Source: a virus. From it: DNA of 64,000 bases. Below the pieces are notes generated by a model. It ran no database searches. It had not been told where the DNA came from and saw only the letters and a program-made list of their open reading frames with translations. Location of the stretch: the IMG/VR virus record IMGVR_UViG_3300044630_003053, positions 1 through 64,000 of that record, one strand, 5' to 3'. The first letter of the stretch is position 1. Each line of letters begins with the position of its first letter. Below, piece by piece: positions 31,304 to 40,567 of this stretch. Both the position numbers and the translations under genes were made by a program.

Positions 31304-31325
31304 TTTCTTAAAAATAATAGTAATA

Positions 31326-31359
31326 TTTTTGGATATTCAAAATATAATTCGTATATTTG
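31326..31359 (+). promoter_or_regulatory. Bacteroidetes-type promoter
   Basis: TTTTTGGATATTC ... TATATTTG ending 4 nt before ATG 31364 (leaderless-like). Confidence 0.5.
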
Positions 31360-31363
31360 TGGT

Positions 31364-31789
31364 ATGAATACATCAATATTGACCTTTTTATTATCAATGT
31401 CACCATTGGTTATAAAAACTGCAGAAGCTCCAAGTAGATTTAATTATCCGATAAAGATAACTAAATCAATTAGTTATGAGACAGTTACCCTTACAACCTA
31501 TTCTGCAAGCGTAGGAGAAACTGACTCAACTCCTCACATAACAGCATCGGGATTTAAGATTGATACTGCTAATCCAAAAAAACACAGAATCATTGCGGTT
31601 TCAAGGGATTTAAAAAAGAAATGGCCGTTTGGTACTAAGGTTAGAATTAAAAGTGCGGGAAAATATAACGGAGTTTATACCGTTAAAGATGTAATGAACA
31701 AAAGGTATAAGAATAGAGTAGATATATTAATTGGTGAGGATGATAGACAAACCACCATGAACAACGTAAGAATTACTAAAATTAAATAA
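31364..31789 (+). CDS. 3D-domain (MltA/YocH-like) secreted protein
   Basis: signal peptide; TAYS..GETDSTPHITASG...D motifs. Confidence 0.55.
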   Translation: MNTSILTFLLSMSPLVIKTAEAPSRFNYPIKITKSISYETVTLTTYSASVGETDSTPHITASGFKIDTANPKKHRIIAVSRDLKKKWPFGTKVRIKSAGKYNGVYTVKDVMNKRYKNRVDILIGEDDRQTTMNNVRITKIK

Positions 31790-31790
31790 A

Positions 31791-32237
31791 ATGACTCCTG
31801 ATTTCACAGTTAGACCATCCCAATTAATAAACATTCTTTGGGTATTTATTGGTGGATTTGCAGTATCTGCCGCAGTATCAACAGAATTTTATTGGATTGC
31901 ACTTGTTGCACTAATACCAATCTATAAGATTTTAGATTATGCATGTTGGACCTACGATATCTATGACGACCGTATTGTAGAAAGTCGTGGTGTATTTTCT
32001 GTTACCACAAGAGAAGTGTATTTCCATAGAATTAAATCTGTAATGATGGAAAGACCTTTTTGGATGAGAATTCTTGGTGTTGGTAGTGTTATGGTTAGAA
32101 GTTCTGACCAATTCACCAGTTACTTTGTAATCTATGGTATCGATGACGTTGAGGAATTTGAAGAAGATTTTCAAGATGTTATTCAAGATAAAAGAAAGGA
32201 AAATGGAATGAAAGAACATGAAATATTTCAAATGTAA
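31791..32237 (+). CDS. membrane protein with bacterial PH (bPH_2/YdbT-like) domain
   Basis: two TM helices then YDIYDDRIV...FHRIKSV pattern. Confidence 0.45.
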   Translation: MTPDFTVRPSQLINILWVFIGGFAVSAAVSTEFYWIALVALIPIYKILDYACWTYDIYDDRIVESRGVFSVTTREVYFHRIKSVMMERPFWMRILGVGSVMVRSSDQFTSYFVIYGIDDVEEFEEDFQDVIQDKRKENGMKEHEIFQM

Positions 32238-32499
32238 AATATAAAACAATTAATATGACATCAAAATTTTTTGGTTCACCAAAACCAAACCAAGTGAAGA
32301 AAGGAGATAAAAAAACTCCAACCACACAACCTAAACCAGTGAAGACCACTCAGATTAAAAAAAATAATAGAGGTAAATAATATGAACAAGTTAATAATTA
32401 AATTTAAAAAAATCCTACAAGAAATCTTGTTGGGGTTTAAAATTGCTGAAGAGAATAAACATAAATCCCAATGGGGTAAGTTTTAAATTAAAAAAATGT

Positions 32500-32862
32500 A
32501 TGAGAGAATTCAAATTTTTCAGAGGGTACGTTGATAACCAATCGATAGGAATTAATTGGGATGAAATCAATAGAATAAATGAAATAAATAGATTACCAAC
32601 TTGGAGTGGTACTAACTACCAACCAACATGGATTACTAATCCGGGTTATATTGTTCCACAACCATATACTATAACAACAACACCGGGTACTGGCACATAT
32701 ACGATTCCATTCAGTGGAACAATTAGTGGTTCATCAACGGGTTTTAGTTTAACAACATCAAATCCAAACGGAATAACTTATACTACGGGTGGTATGGGTG
32801 GAACTTTTACAACGACAGGTACAGTATCTACAAATACATTTTATACTTCAAATATTAAGTAA
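32500..32862 (+). CDS. FKFF-motif family protein with Thr/Gly-rich C-terminus
   Basis: ATG 32500 gives MREFKFFRGYV; the ORF-track start 32443 is a TTG codon. Confidence 0.45.
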   Translation: MREFKFFRGYVDNQSIGINWDEINRINEINRLPTWSGTNYQPTWITNPGYIVPQPYTITTTPGTGTYTIPFSGTISGSSTGFSLTTSNPNGITYTTGGMGGTFTTTGTVSTNTFYTSNIK

Positions 32863-33299
32863 TGACTAAGTTCGTTTTTTTCAGGGGTTATGTTGGAACA
32901 TTAAATGTAATGGATGGAGAAACTTATGCCACCGCATCACTCAATGACGATACTCCCGAAGGTCATATGAATAGAAGAATGTTATATCACACAAATCATA
33001 ATCTTCTTGATAATGTTAGAAGGGAAATACCAAGAGGTCGGTTTGGCACGCCCGAGAGACACCAAGATATCCTAAGAAGACTACAAATGACTAACGATTT
33101 AAGAGATCTAAATGATAACCCTATAAGATTATTCCAAACAACATCAGTAACAACAGTTAACCCGAAGTGGTGGATGAAGATAAAGATGTTTTTTCAAGAG
33201 GCTAATTTTAATGGTGAAATCTTAGGTATTATTTTTATTGCTGGTTCATTAACTATTGGTGTAATTCTCGGAATTGCTAAATTATTAAATGCATGGTAA
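32862..33299 (+). CDS. FKFF-motif family protein with C-terminal TM
   Basis: MTKFVFFRGYV. Confidence 0.45.
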   Translation: MTKFVFFRGYVGTLNVMDGETYATASLNDDTPEGHMNRRMLYHTNHNLLDNVRREIPRGRFGTPERHQDILRRLQMTNDLRDLNDNPIRLFQTTSVTTVNPKWWMKIKMFFQEANFNGEILGIIFIAGSLTIGVILGIAKLLNAW

Positions 33300-33517
33300 G
33301 CGAGTTTAAGTTCTTTCAAAAGAACAAATATAAAGATAGATGTCGATTACAGATTGGTTCCTCATTTATTTTACGTGGATATTATTGTACCGTAACAAGA
33401 ATGTTTGCAAACCATTTTGAATATTGGGTACAAGAAACGGAATTTACCATTGCTATGAGTTATAAAGATTATCTAGCCACACCATCGGCTGCAGGTAGAC
33501 AATTAAATAGTATATGA
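33293..33517 (+). CDS. FKFF-motif family small protein
   Basis: MVSEFKFFQKN. Confidence 0.4.
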   Translation: MVSEFKFFQKNKYKDRCRLQIGSSFILRGYYCTVTRMFANHFEYWVQETEFTIAMSYKDYLATPSAAGRQLNSI

Positions 33518-34008
33518 TAAAACCTTTTAAACTACTTAAAGGATACACATACAGTGATGAGTATACATTACCAACACAACAAAATCCACCATTCAATTTA
33601 TCACATCGTCATTGGAATTTGTTACCTCAAGATTTGAGAGGTGCGACATTACAAGAAATGGAATGTTATATTCGTGGATGGGAAGATGCTCGTAGTAATG
33701 TTACGGTAAATCCATATATTGATAGAATAAGACGTAGTTTGTGGAATAGGGGGTTTCTAAGGTGGAGGGGTAGAGTAGGAATGAATTATCGTAATGTAAA
33801 TCCTAACCTACCAATAGACGAAAGTTACCCTGAATATTATAACACAGATGATTTTGTTTTCTCTGATGTGTCCTCAATTATGTTTGACCCAATTAGTTCT
33901 CAACCATACAAACATATGATGTTTAGACATATTGAGGATGGAGATACGGTAGAAGGTAATAGAATATTTCCCGACCACCCAATGTGGAACTTCCTTGATA
34001 TAATATAA
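33514..34008 (+). CDS. FKFF-like family protein
   Basis: MIKPFKLLKGYTY. Confidence 0.4.
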   Translation: MIKPFKLLKGYTYSDEYTLPTQQNPPFNLSHRHWNLLPQDLRGATLQEMECYIRGWEDARSNVTVNPYIDRIRRSLWNRGFLRWRGRVGMNYRNVNPNLPIDESYPEYYNTDDFVFSDVSSIMFDPISSQPYKHMMFRHIEDGDTVEGNRIFPDHPMWNFLDII

Positions 34009-34066
34009 ATGACAAAGTCGGAAGTAAAAACGTGACAATCTCGGAAGTAAAAACGTGACAATCTCG
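34003..34066. repeat. 23-nt tandem direct repeat, about 2.8 copies (CGTGACAATCTCGGAAGTAAAAA)
   Basis: read directly; upstream of the envelope-modification cluster. Confidence 0.8.
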
Positions 34067-34089
34067 GAAGTTAAGGATAATTATTATTT

Positions 34090-34278
34090 ATGAGAGAAAG
34101 AATTATAGGACCTTATTTGGTTCAACAACAAATTGTATTAGATCCAGAGGGAGAAGTCATTTTTTATAAAATTGACTCACCATTATTTAATGGGGTAAAA
34201 TTAACGGTTATGTCTGAAAGTGATTTAACTGAGGAAGTAATTGAACAACACTTACGGGTTCTGAATATAATGGTTTGA
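34090..34278 (+). CDS. hypothetical small protein
   Basis: ORF. Confidence 0.3.
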   Translation: MRERIIGPYLVQQQIVLDPEGEVIFYKIDSPLFNGVKLTVMSESDLTEEVIEQHLRVLNIMV

Positions 34279-34309
34279 TAATCAAAGTTATGGTTCTAAA
34301 GAACTATTT

Positions 34310-34999
34310 ATGAGGATGAAAATACAAGCATTATTTATCTCAGATGTTCATCTGGGTTCAAAAGGTTCCAACGCAAATGAGGTCCTAAACATTCTCAAAC
34401 AATACCAACCCGAATATCTATTCTTAGTTGGGGATATAATTGACGGATGGTTACTGAAAAGGAAGTTCCGTTGGCCCCAATCACATACCAATGTGTTAAG
34501 AAAGATATTATCACATTCAAAGAATGGGACAAAGGTAATATACATACCGGGGAATCATGATGAATTTCTAAGGGAATATGGTGAATTCTCTTTTGGAAAC
34601 GTGGAGATTCATAATGAGTATGTATGGAAGAATACCTTTATTACTCATGGTGATTTATATGATGGTGTGGTTAAATTGAAATGGTTGGGTATTCTTGGGT
34701 CGGTTGGATATGACGCAGCAATATCCATTGATAGATTTTTAAAGAAGTTGGGGATGAAGAGATCACTATCCAAGTTTTTAAAGAATAAGGTTAAGGAGGC
34801 GGTAAAGTTTATCACACAATATGAGGTGGAGTTAACCAGACAAGCCAAGAAACATCGATGCACAACCGTGATATCTGGACACATTCACCATCCTGAGGAT
34901 AGAATGATTGATGGTATAAGATACATGAACTGCGGGGATTGGATTGAAAACAATAGTTATATAATATACAACAACGATGAATATACGGTCATTAAGTAA
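34310..34999 (+). CDS. LpxH-like metallophosphoesterase
   Basis: FISDVHLG, LVGDIIDGW, GNHDEF, GHIHH motifs (UDP-2,3-diacylglucosamine hydrolase family architecture). Confidence 0.65.
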   Translation: MRMKIQALFISDVHLGSKGSNANEVLNILKQYQPEYLFLVGDIIDGWLLKRKFRWPQSHTNVLRKILSHSKNGTKVIYIPGNHDEFLREYGEFSFGNVEIHNEYVWKNTFITHGDLYDGVVKLKWLGILGSVGYDAAISIDRFLKKLGMKRSLSKFLKNKVKEAVKFITQYEVELTRQAKKHRCTTVISGHIHHPEDRMIDGIRYMNCGDWIENNSYIIYNNDEYTVIK

Positions 35000-35693
35000 G
35001 AGGTTAACAATAGTCATTCCATCCAAGAATGAGGGGATAGTATTATATAACTGCATTCAATACATATCAAGACAGAACCATATCGATGGGGTAAGAGTAA
35101 TCATTGCAGATGTATCGGATGATAATGACTCCATAATATGGATTAAGAAAGCACAATTAGAGTTCAAACACTTATTAAAGATTACGGTAATCAAGGGAGG
35201 ATATCCGGCAGAAGGAAGATTAAATGGAAGTATGTTGGTAACGACTCCGTATATGTTATTCTTGGATGCGGACATCTTATTAACCAATCCAAAGATTATT
35301 GAGGAGTGTTTATCTCATAAGAAGGATTTGGTAACGGTACTGTTCCATACGGACAAACCCTACAGATGGGTATTCAGGGTATTTGATATGTTTCAATCTC
35401 TATCTACTTTAATCGGTTCACCATTCGCCGTGGGAGGATTCCAACTATGGAAGACGGAATCCTATTGGGAAGTTGGGGGATATAACCCACAAGAACTATT
35501 CGCCGAGGATTATTCAATATCACAGAAGGTAAAATCAAAAAACTTTAAGGTGGTAAACATAGAAGGAACATATACGTCATCCAGAAGATTTAAATCTAAA
35601 GGGGTATTATGGATGTTCAAGATAATGATTAAGAGTTACATAAACAGAAAGAACCCAGAGTTCTTCAGACATCATCACAACTACTGGAATTAA
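34977..35693 (+). CDS. family-2 glycosyltransferase
   Basis: TIVIPSKNEG ... FLDAD (DxD) GT-A features. Confidence 0.6.
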   Translation: MNIRSLSKRLTIVIPSKNEGIVLYNCIQYISRQNHIDGVRVIIADVSDDNDSIIWIKKAQLEFKHLLKITVIKGGYPAEGRLNGSMLVTTPYMLFLDADILLTNPKIIEECLSHKKDLVTVLFHTDKPYRWVFRVFDMFQSLSTLIGSPFAVGGFQLWKTESYWEVGGYNPQELFAEDYSISQKVKSKNFKVVNIEGTYTSSRRFKSKGVLWMFKIMIKSYINRKNPEFFRHHHNYWN

Positions 35694-35799
35694 TATGGGA
35701 ACAATATTTCCTGTCATGATATCATTTACAATTGTAATAGGATTGACTATTATTGTAATGATAATCGACCACATCACAAAAAAGAGATAAAAAAATTAT

Positions 35800-36486
35800 A
35801 TGAAAATTCTAATAATTGCAAAGGGGAGATGTGGTTCACATTCATTAATAGATTGGTTAGGTGAGGAATTTAACTTAAAAACCATTTACGAAAATGAAAA
35901 TAAGGACACTTCGGTGGTCGATGACTATATTATTAAAAGACACCCATCATCTATTAAAGGAGATTTATCATCAGATTTTATCACCGATGGATACGATTAC
36001 GTAATAAGGTTAATTAGGGAAAATACAATACTAACCGCTGAGAGTAATGTGTGGGCAGAAGAAAAACAAAAATATCACCCGAAGGGTAAGGAAAAATATA
36101 TTATAGATGAAGCCTTTTTGAGAAAACACCATAGAGAAATTTGGAGTAAAAAAATAGGTTATGATGAATCCAACGACGTAATAAGGAATATAGGTGTTGG
36201 TATATTAGTTACATATGAAGAATTATTTTTATATGGGACAGGTCAGGAAAAGATAGAGAAGTATATGGGTTTTAAATCTACTTCAAAATTAAATACTGAC
36301 CTCAAGAAAAGTAGATTTCACATAATGGATAAAACAGTATATACCACATATGATTTAGCATATAATAAAACCACTATCTTAGAAGAAATTATTAAACAAA
36401 AAGATTTAGTTATCGATAATTTAAACGAAAAGATTAAAAATTTAAACGAAACAATTGTAGATTTGGTATCATCAAAAAATAGATAA
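35800..36486 (+). CDS. sulfotransferase-like protein
   Basis: N-terminal IIAKGRCGSHSL resembles a PAPS-binding P-loop. Confidence 0.35.
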   Translation: MKILIIAKGRCGSHSLIDWLGEEFNLKTIYENENKDTSVVDDYIIKRHPSSIKGDLSSDFITDGYDYVIRLIRENTILTAESNVWAEEKQKYHPKGKEKYIIDEAFLRKHHREIWSKKIGYDESNDVIRNIGVGILVTYEELFLYGTGQEKIEKYMGFKSTSKLNTDLKKSRFHIMDKTVYTTYDLAYNKTTILEEIIKQKDLVIDNLNEKIKNLNETIVDLVSSKNR

Positions 36487-36809
36487 TGATTAAAAGAAAG
36501 AAACCCTTTGCAAAGATTGTAAAGGAATGGAATGAGGCATCCACCATGGAAGTATGGGAAGGAGTAAGGGATAACTTTATATTTGGATTCCTTGGTGCAA
36601 CCATTGTGGTATTCATCGCAACTAGAGCCGACCTCATGGTATTATTTGGATATCTGATATACTATTTCTTCATGGGGAGGATTGTCAATAGACCAAAATA
36701 CGTCACGGACTTAGGTAAACTCATAGTGTTCCCCATCCCATCAGCACTTGGTGCATTCGCAGGATATAAGTTCTCGTACATTCTACAAGAGTTAACCCAA
36801 CGTATATGA
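36486..36809 (+). CDS. membrane protein
   Basis: 3 TM helices. Confidence 0.4.
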   Translation: MIKRKKPFAKIVKEWNEASTMEVWEGVRDNFIFGFLGATIVVFIATRADLMVLFGYLIYYFFMGRIVNRPKYVTDLGKLIVFPIPSALGAFAGYKFSYILQELTQRI

Positions 36810-37387
36810 AGATATGTATAATATCATCCATAGGTAGATCTGGAACAACCTCACTATTTGATATGATGAGTTTATGTCTACCAAGATACTACACATGTTT
36901 AAATGAACCATTCGGTCGATTTCAAAGAGGGCATGAGATGAATCTTATTGAAAACGCCCCCAATGTTCTTGTAAAGGAGTTATTAAATAATACGGTTAAC
37001 CATAAGGTTTTCCCATATGATTGGGTGTATCAGACCTTTGATAAGGTTATTGTGATGGATAGAAGAAATAAGTGGGAACAGGCGGAGAGTCACGCAGCAC
37101 ATTCATATAAAGGGGATAACTTTAAAAGTTGGCACAATAGAAGGGAATACGACTTAACAAACATACCCACGGAGTATATTAAGGCATTAGCAGACCAATC
37201 GGAGGATTTAATGCAATATCATAGGGGTAAGATTTACTATTACGAGGATGTGTTTATGGAACATAACTTGGATTTGTTAATGGAGATTATGAATTCTGTG
37301 GGGATAACAGAAATACCCAATCAAATACTAAAGGATTATTTCTATAGTCCCAAGAAGAAGGTAAGAATAGTAAAGACCCTAATTTAA
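36806..37387 (+). CDS. sulfotransferase-family protein
   Basis: IISSIGRSGTTSL (5'-PSB motif-like). Confidence 0.45.
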   Translation: MKICIISSIGRSGTTSLFDMMSLCLPRYYTCLNEPFGRFQRGHEMNLIENAPNVLVKELLNNTVNHKVFPYDWVYQTFDKVIVMDRRNKWEQAESHAAHSYKGDNFKSWHNRREYDLTNIPTEYIKALADQSEDLMQYHRGKIYYYEDVFMEHNLDLLMEIMNSVGITEIPNQILKDYFYSPKKKVRIVKTLI

Positions 37388-37483
37388 GAGTGTCCAATTT
37401 AAAATATAACTGCGAACGGGGATTCCGGAGGTCTAATTTAAAATATATTTGGAATATACTAGAATATAACATATATTTGTGGT

Positions 37484-37744
37484 ATGAGAAGAAAGAAACC
37501 ATTCATGGATGATATCCATAAGACCACACCTGTAACCATCACCTATAAGTTCTATAATGACACGGTGATTATGAAGAGAGACGTATATGATTTAACAATT
37601 AGGGACCTAATGGAGTTAAATCGGTCCATGGTGGTGAATGTCTTTGATGAACAACTCTATCAGGAGTATATTATTCAATTAGCAGGGGAGTTAACAAAGA
37701 AAAAGAATCCAATTAAGAACTTTATTGAAAGAATATTAAGATAA
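37484..37744 (+). CDS. hypothetical protein
   Basis: ORF preceded by promoter at 37445-37480. Confidence 0.4.
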   Translation: MRRKKPFMDDIHKTTPVTITYKFYNDTVIMKRDVYDLTIRDLMELNRSMVVNVFDEQLYQEYIIQLAGELTKKKNPIKNFIERILR

Positions 37745-37985
37745 GTTTGGAATTGTAATAAAGATATCTTATCTTTGTAAAAGAAATTAGTTCATTGACA
37801 TTATTGGAAATATTATTTCATCTTCTTAATAGAAGATGGTGCCAGTTGTTTGGCACATAGTGAATTCTGAATAAACAGAATGTGGATTTATCCGTGGAGA
37901 TTAATTTCTCACTCACTCAATACCTTTTATTTTTTAAAAATATTGTTCACAACTCATTGTAACATAGAAGGTTGTATATGGATAG

Positions 37986-38270
37986 GTTGTGAATACCATT
38001 ACTTTGAAAGGTTTATACAACAGAGTGACTGTCTAAATGACTACGACCCGGTTGTGAATACCCCTACTTTAAAAGGTATATACAACCGGTATAGCTCTCA
38101 TGTCATTAATGATTTGGTTGTGAATACCATTACTTTGAAAGGTTTATACAACAAACGATTGAAAGGTATATACAACCACCACATAAATGAAGATATATAC
38201 AACATCCCATTCCATACTTTACATATTAAGGTATAAACAACGAATTGGTTATTAAAAGGTAATATACAAC
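37986..38270 (+). CRISPR. mini CRISPR-like array: 3 full 36-nt repeats (37986-38021, 38051-38086, 38117-38152), spacers of 29 and 30 nt, then 4 degenerate repeat 3'-fragments
   Basis: GTTGTGAATACCATTACTTTGAAAGGTTTATACAAC (x2) and GTTGTGAATACCCCTACTTTAAAAGGTATATACAAC; repeat termini GTTGT/ACAAC are inverted; decaying copies all end in TATACAAC/TAAACAAC. Confidence 0.7.
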
Positions 38271-38324
38271 ACGAAGTCTCACGACTTAAAGATTATTATT
38301 TCCAATAATATAAACAAAATAACC

Positions 38325-39692
38325 ATGTCCATTAAAACAAGGAAGATTAAATTGATTGCGGTTGGTGAAACTGCAAAGGATAGAACAAAGGTCTACAACT
38401 ACATTAAGAAGGTTGCAGATGATTTGACCCAAGTGGGAAATGAGGTTATAAGACTTCATGTGTGCAATCAATATGAAATTGACAGGTTAAAGGGTACAAA
38501 TAATATTTCCAAGGGTGATGCAATTAAGATACTACAAGATTCACTTGGTACATCCATAAGGAATTCGGGGTATCAACTACTAACAAAATTCCCATATATA
38601 TCTTCTCAAGTAAGGACATGTTTCAATTCTGTTATATATAAGACCATAAGTGATAACTTCTATGATATCCTTAAAGGGAAAGTATCCATTCCATCATTTA
38701 GAAAATCTAATCTATCCATTCCATTTTCAGCCAATAATGATAAAGAAACTGGTATAACGAACGCAATATACGCCGAGGGAGATAGATACTACATACAATT
38801 CCCATTATCGGGGGAAGAAAGAAAGATACATAAAAAAGTTGAATTATCCTTATTCTTCGGAAAAGATAGAAGTAATAATAGAATTATTGTAGATAGAATA
38901 CTCAATAGTGAATATAAACTATGTGATAGTAACTTCAAAATAGAAGATAATGATTTATATCTATTGATTACCTATAAACAACCAGATAGTATTAAACCCG
39001 AAATGGATGTTAATAAGGTAATGGGTATAGACTTAGGTATTAATAGACCCGTATCCATTTATATTTCCAATGAAAAACATCAACCACGACAGATTAATAT
39101 AGGATTAAAGATACAACATGAAAGGATGAAATTCTATAAACATAGAAAATCCCTACAGGAATCTTTAAAGTATTCTAAAGGTGGTCACGGTAGAAATAGA
39201 AAGTTGAAGTCTTTGGAAGATTTAAGAGATAAGGAAAAGAATTGGAGTCAATTAATAAATCATACTATCTCTCGAGAAGTTATCAGGATTGCTAACGAGT
39301 ATAATGTTGGTGTTATCCATATGGAAGATTTAACAGGAATAACAACTAACTCTAAGGATTACTTCATGAAGAGTTGGGCATACTACCAACTACAAACTTA
39401 TATAGTATATAAAGCAAAAGAACTTGGGATAACCATATTATGGGTAGACCCTAAGAATACTTCTAATACCTGTCCCACTTGTAAGGTTTCTGAACCATTG
39501 AATAGAAACGATAAAGATAAAACAAAATTCAGATGTATTAATTTGAATTGTAAGGACTTTGATATGGATAGAGATGCTGATATTGTAGGAGCATTTAATA
39601 TAACACATACCTTAGGATTAGATGTAAAGTCTAATAGTAAAGAAGGTAGAATGAAAAAAGGTAAGGAGAAAAAATTTATGGAACAAGTATAA
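38325..39692 (+). CDS. TnpB/Cas12f-like RNA-guided nuclease candidate (compact RuvC nuclease, 455 aa)
   Basis: RuvC-I MGIDLGINRPV, RuvC-II VIHMEDL, zinc finger CPTC...FRC..C, RuvC-III DMDRDADIVGAFNI; all catalytic acidic residues present. Confidence 0.8.
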   Translation: MSIKTRKIKLIAVGETAKDRTKVYNYIKKVADDLTQVGNEVIRLHVCNQYEIDRLKGTNNISKGDAIKILQDSLGTSIRNSGYQLLTKFPYISSQVRTCFNSVIYKTISDNFYDILKGKVSIPSFRKSNLSIPFSANNDKETGITNAIYAEGDRYYIQFPLSGEERKIHKKVELSLFFGKDRSNNRIIVDRILNSEYKLCDSNFKIEDNDLYLLITYKQPDSIKPEMDVNKVMGIDLGINRPVSIYISNEKHQPRQINIGLKIQHERMKFYKHRKSLQESLKYSKGGHGRNRKLKSLEDLRDKEKNWSQLINHTISREVIRIANEYNVGVIHMEDLTGITTNSKDYFMKSWAYYQLQTYIVYKAKELGITILWVDPKNTSNTCPTCKVSEPLNRNDKDKTKFRCINLNCKDFDMDRDADIVGAFNITHTLGLDVKSNSKEGRMKKGKEKKFMEQV

Positions 39693-39850
39693 TATGTTCA
39701 CTAATCTCTACCGTTCACGGAACGTGAACATAGGTATTTTGTGAACACTTTTACCCTGAAGGGAGGAGACGAGAGTCTCCGACCGTACAATTACCCCCTA
39801 TAAAATTACCCCTCAGAACCCCTCCATAGGGGTTTTATTTTACCCCGAAT
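39693..39850 (+). ncRNA. candidate structured 3' RNA (omegaRNA/tracrRNA-like scaffold)
   Basis: consecutive hairpins GTTCACGgaaCGTGAAC, GGAGACgagaGTCTCC, CCCCTccatAGGGG plus T-run directly after the nuclease stop; no coding capacity. Confidence 0.35.
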
Positions 39851-40560
39851 TTTTTCCTGTTTATACCACTAAAAACCCCACTTTTTCCTGTCTGTTTTAT
39901 CGTGATCAATTAATATATCTAAAACTATCTTTTTCTATCCCATATTTGGGTTCTAGTATAATTTATCCACAATTCCCCACTTTCTCCCACTTACTAGGAA
40001 TATACCCTGGGATTGACCCGTGAGCGAATCACAGACCATTTTATTTTTTCTACCAGAATATACCCCTAATATCATTATATTATTACGGTCGGACTCTTCG
40101 AGTCCTCCCTTCAGGATGTCATACAAGTGTCTTAGTATAACCCTTTATATATTATATTAATCTGTCATACATTAGGTTCCACGTGGAACCCTGAAGGGGG
40201 ACCGAAGGTCCCCCGTATAATGAAACATTCGTAATACGGGATGAAGGGGACCGAAGGTCCCCGAGTATACTTATAATACTTTTATACGGTCCTGATGTGA
40301 TACGTCTATAATCCCTGAACCGTAATACAAACATTACTGGGGTGAAGTAGAAAATGGTTTGCCAAACAACATTAACATTACTGGGGAGACCAATATTGTT
40401 TGGCAGATTATACGGGGACCTTCGGTCCCCTTCAGGAGAATCTTAGAATAATCCTATGGAAATTAAAAAAACCCTTAGGGATTTTCCGAAGGGTTCTTAG
40501 TATAGTACAATATATGTCTTACAAGGAAAGGATGAAGGGGGACCGAAGGTCCCCCGTAAG
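39744..40560. repeat. family of six CTGAAGGG-[GC-rich hairpin]-GTA elements, incl. four GGGGACCGAAGGTCCCC hairpins, two inverted
   Basis: copies at 39744, 40085 (inv), 40187, 40237, 40406 (inv), 40529. Confidence 0.75.
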
Positions 40561-40567
40561 TAATACT

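Noticed and set aside
37880-38236. 118-aa ORF
   Set aside because: It reads straight through the CRISPR-like repeats, its peptide is repetitive, and no promoter lies upstream.
38325-39692. TnpB as part of a canonical IS200/IS605 element
   Set aside because: No tnpA is present, no IS605-type subterminal hairpin ends were recognised, and an array sits upstream. A degenerate IS cannot be excluded without comparative data.
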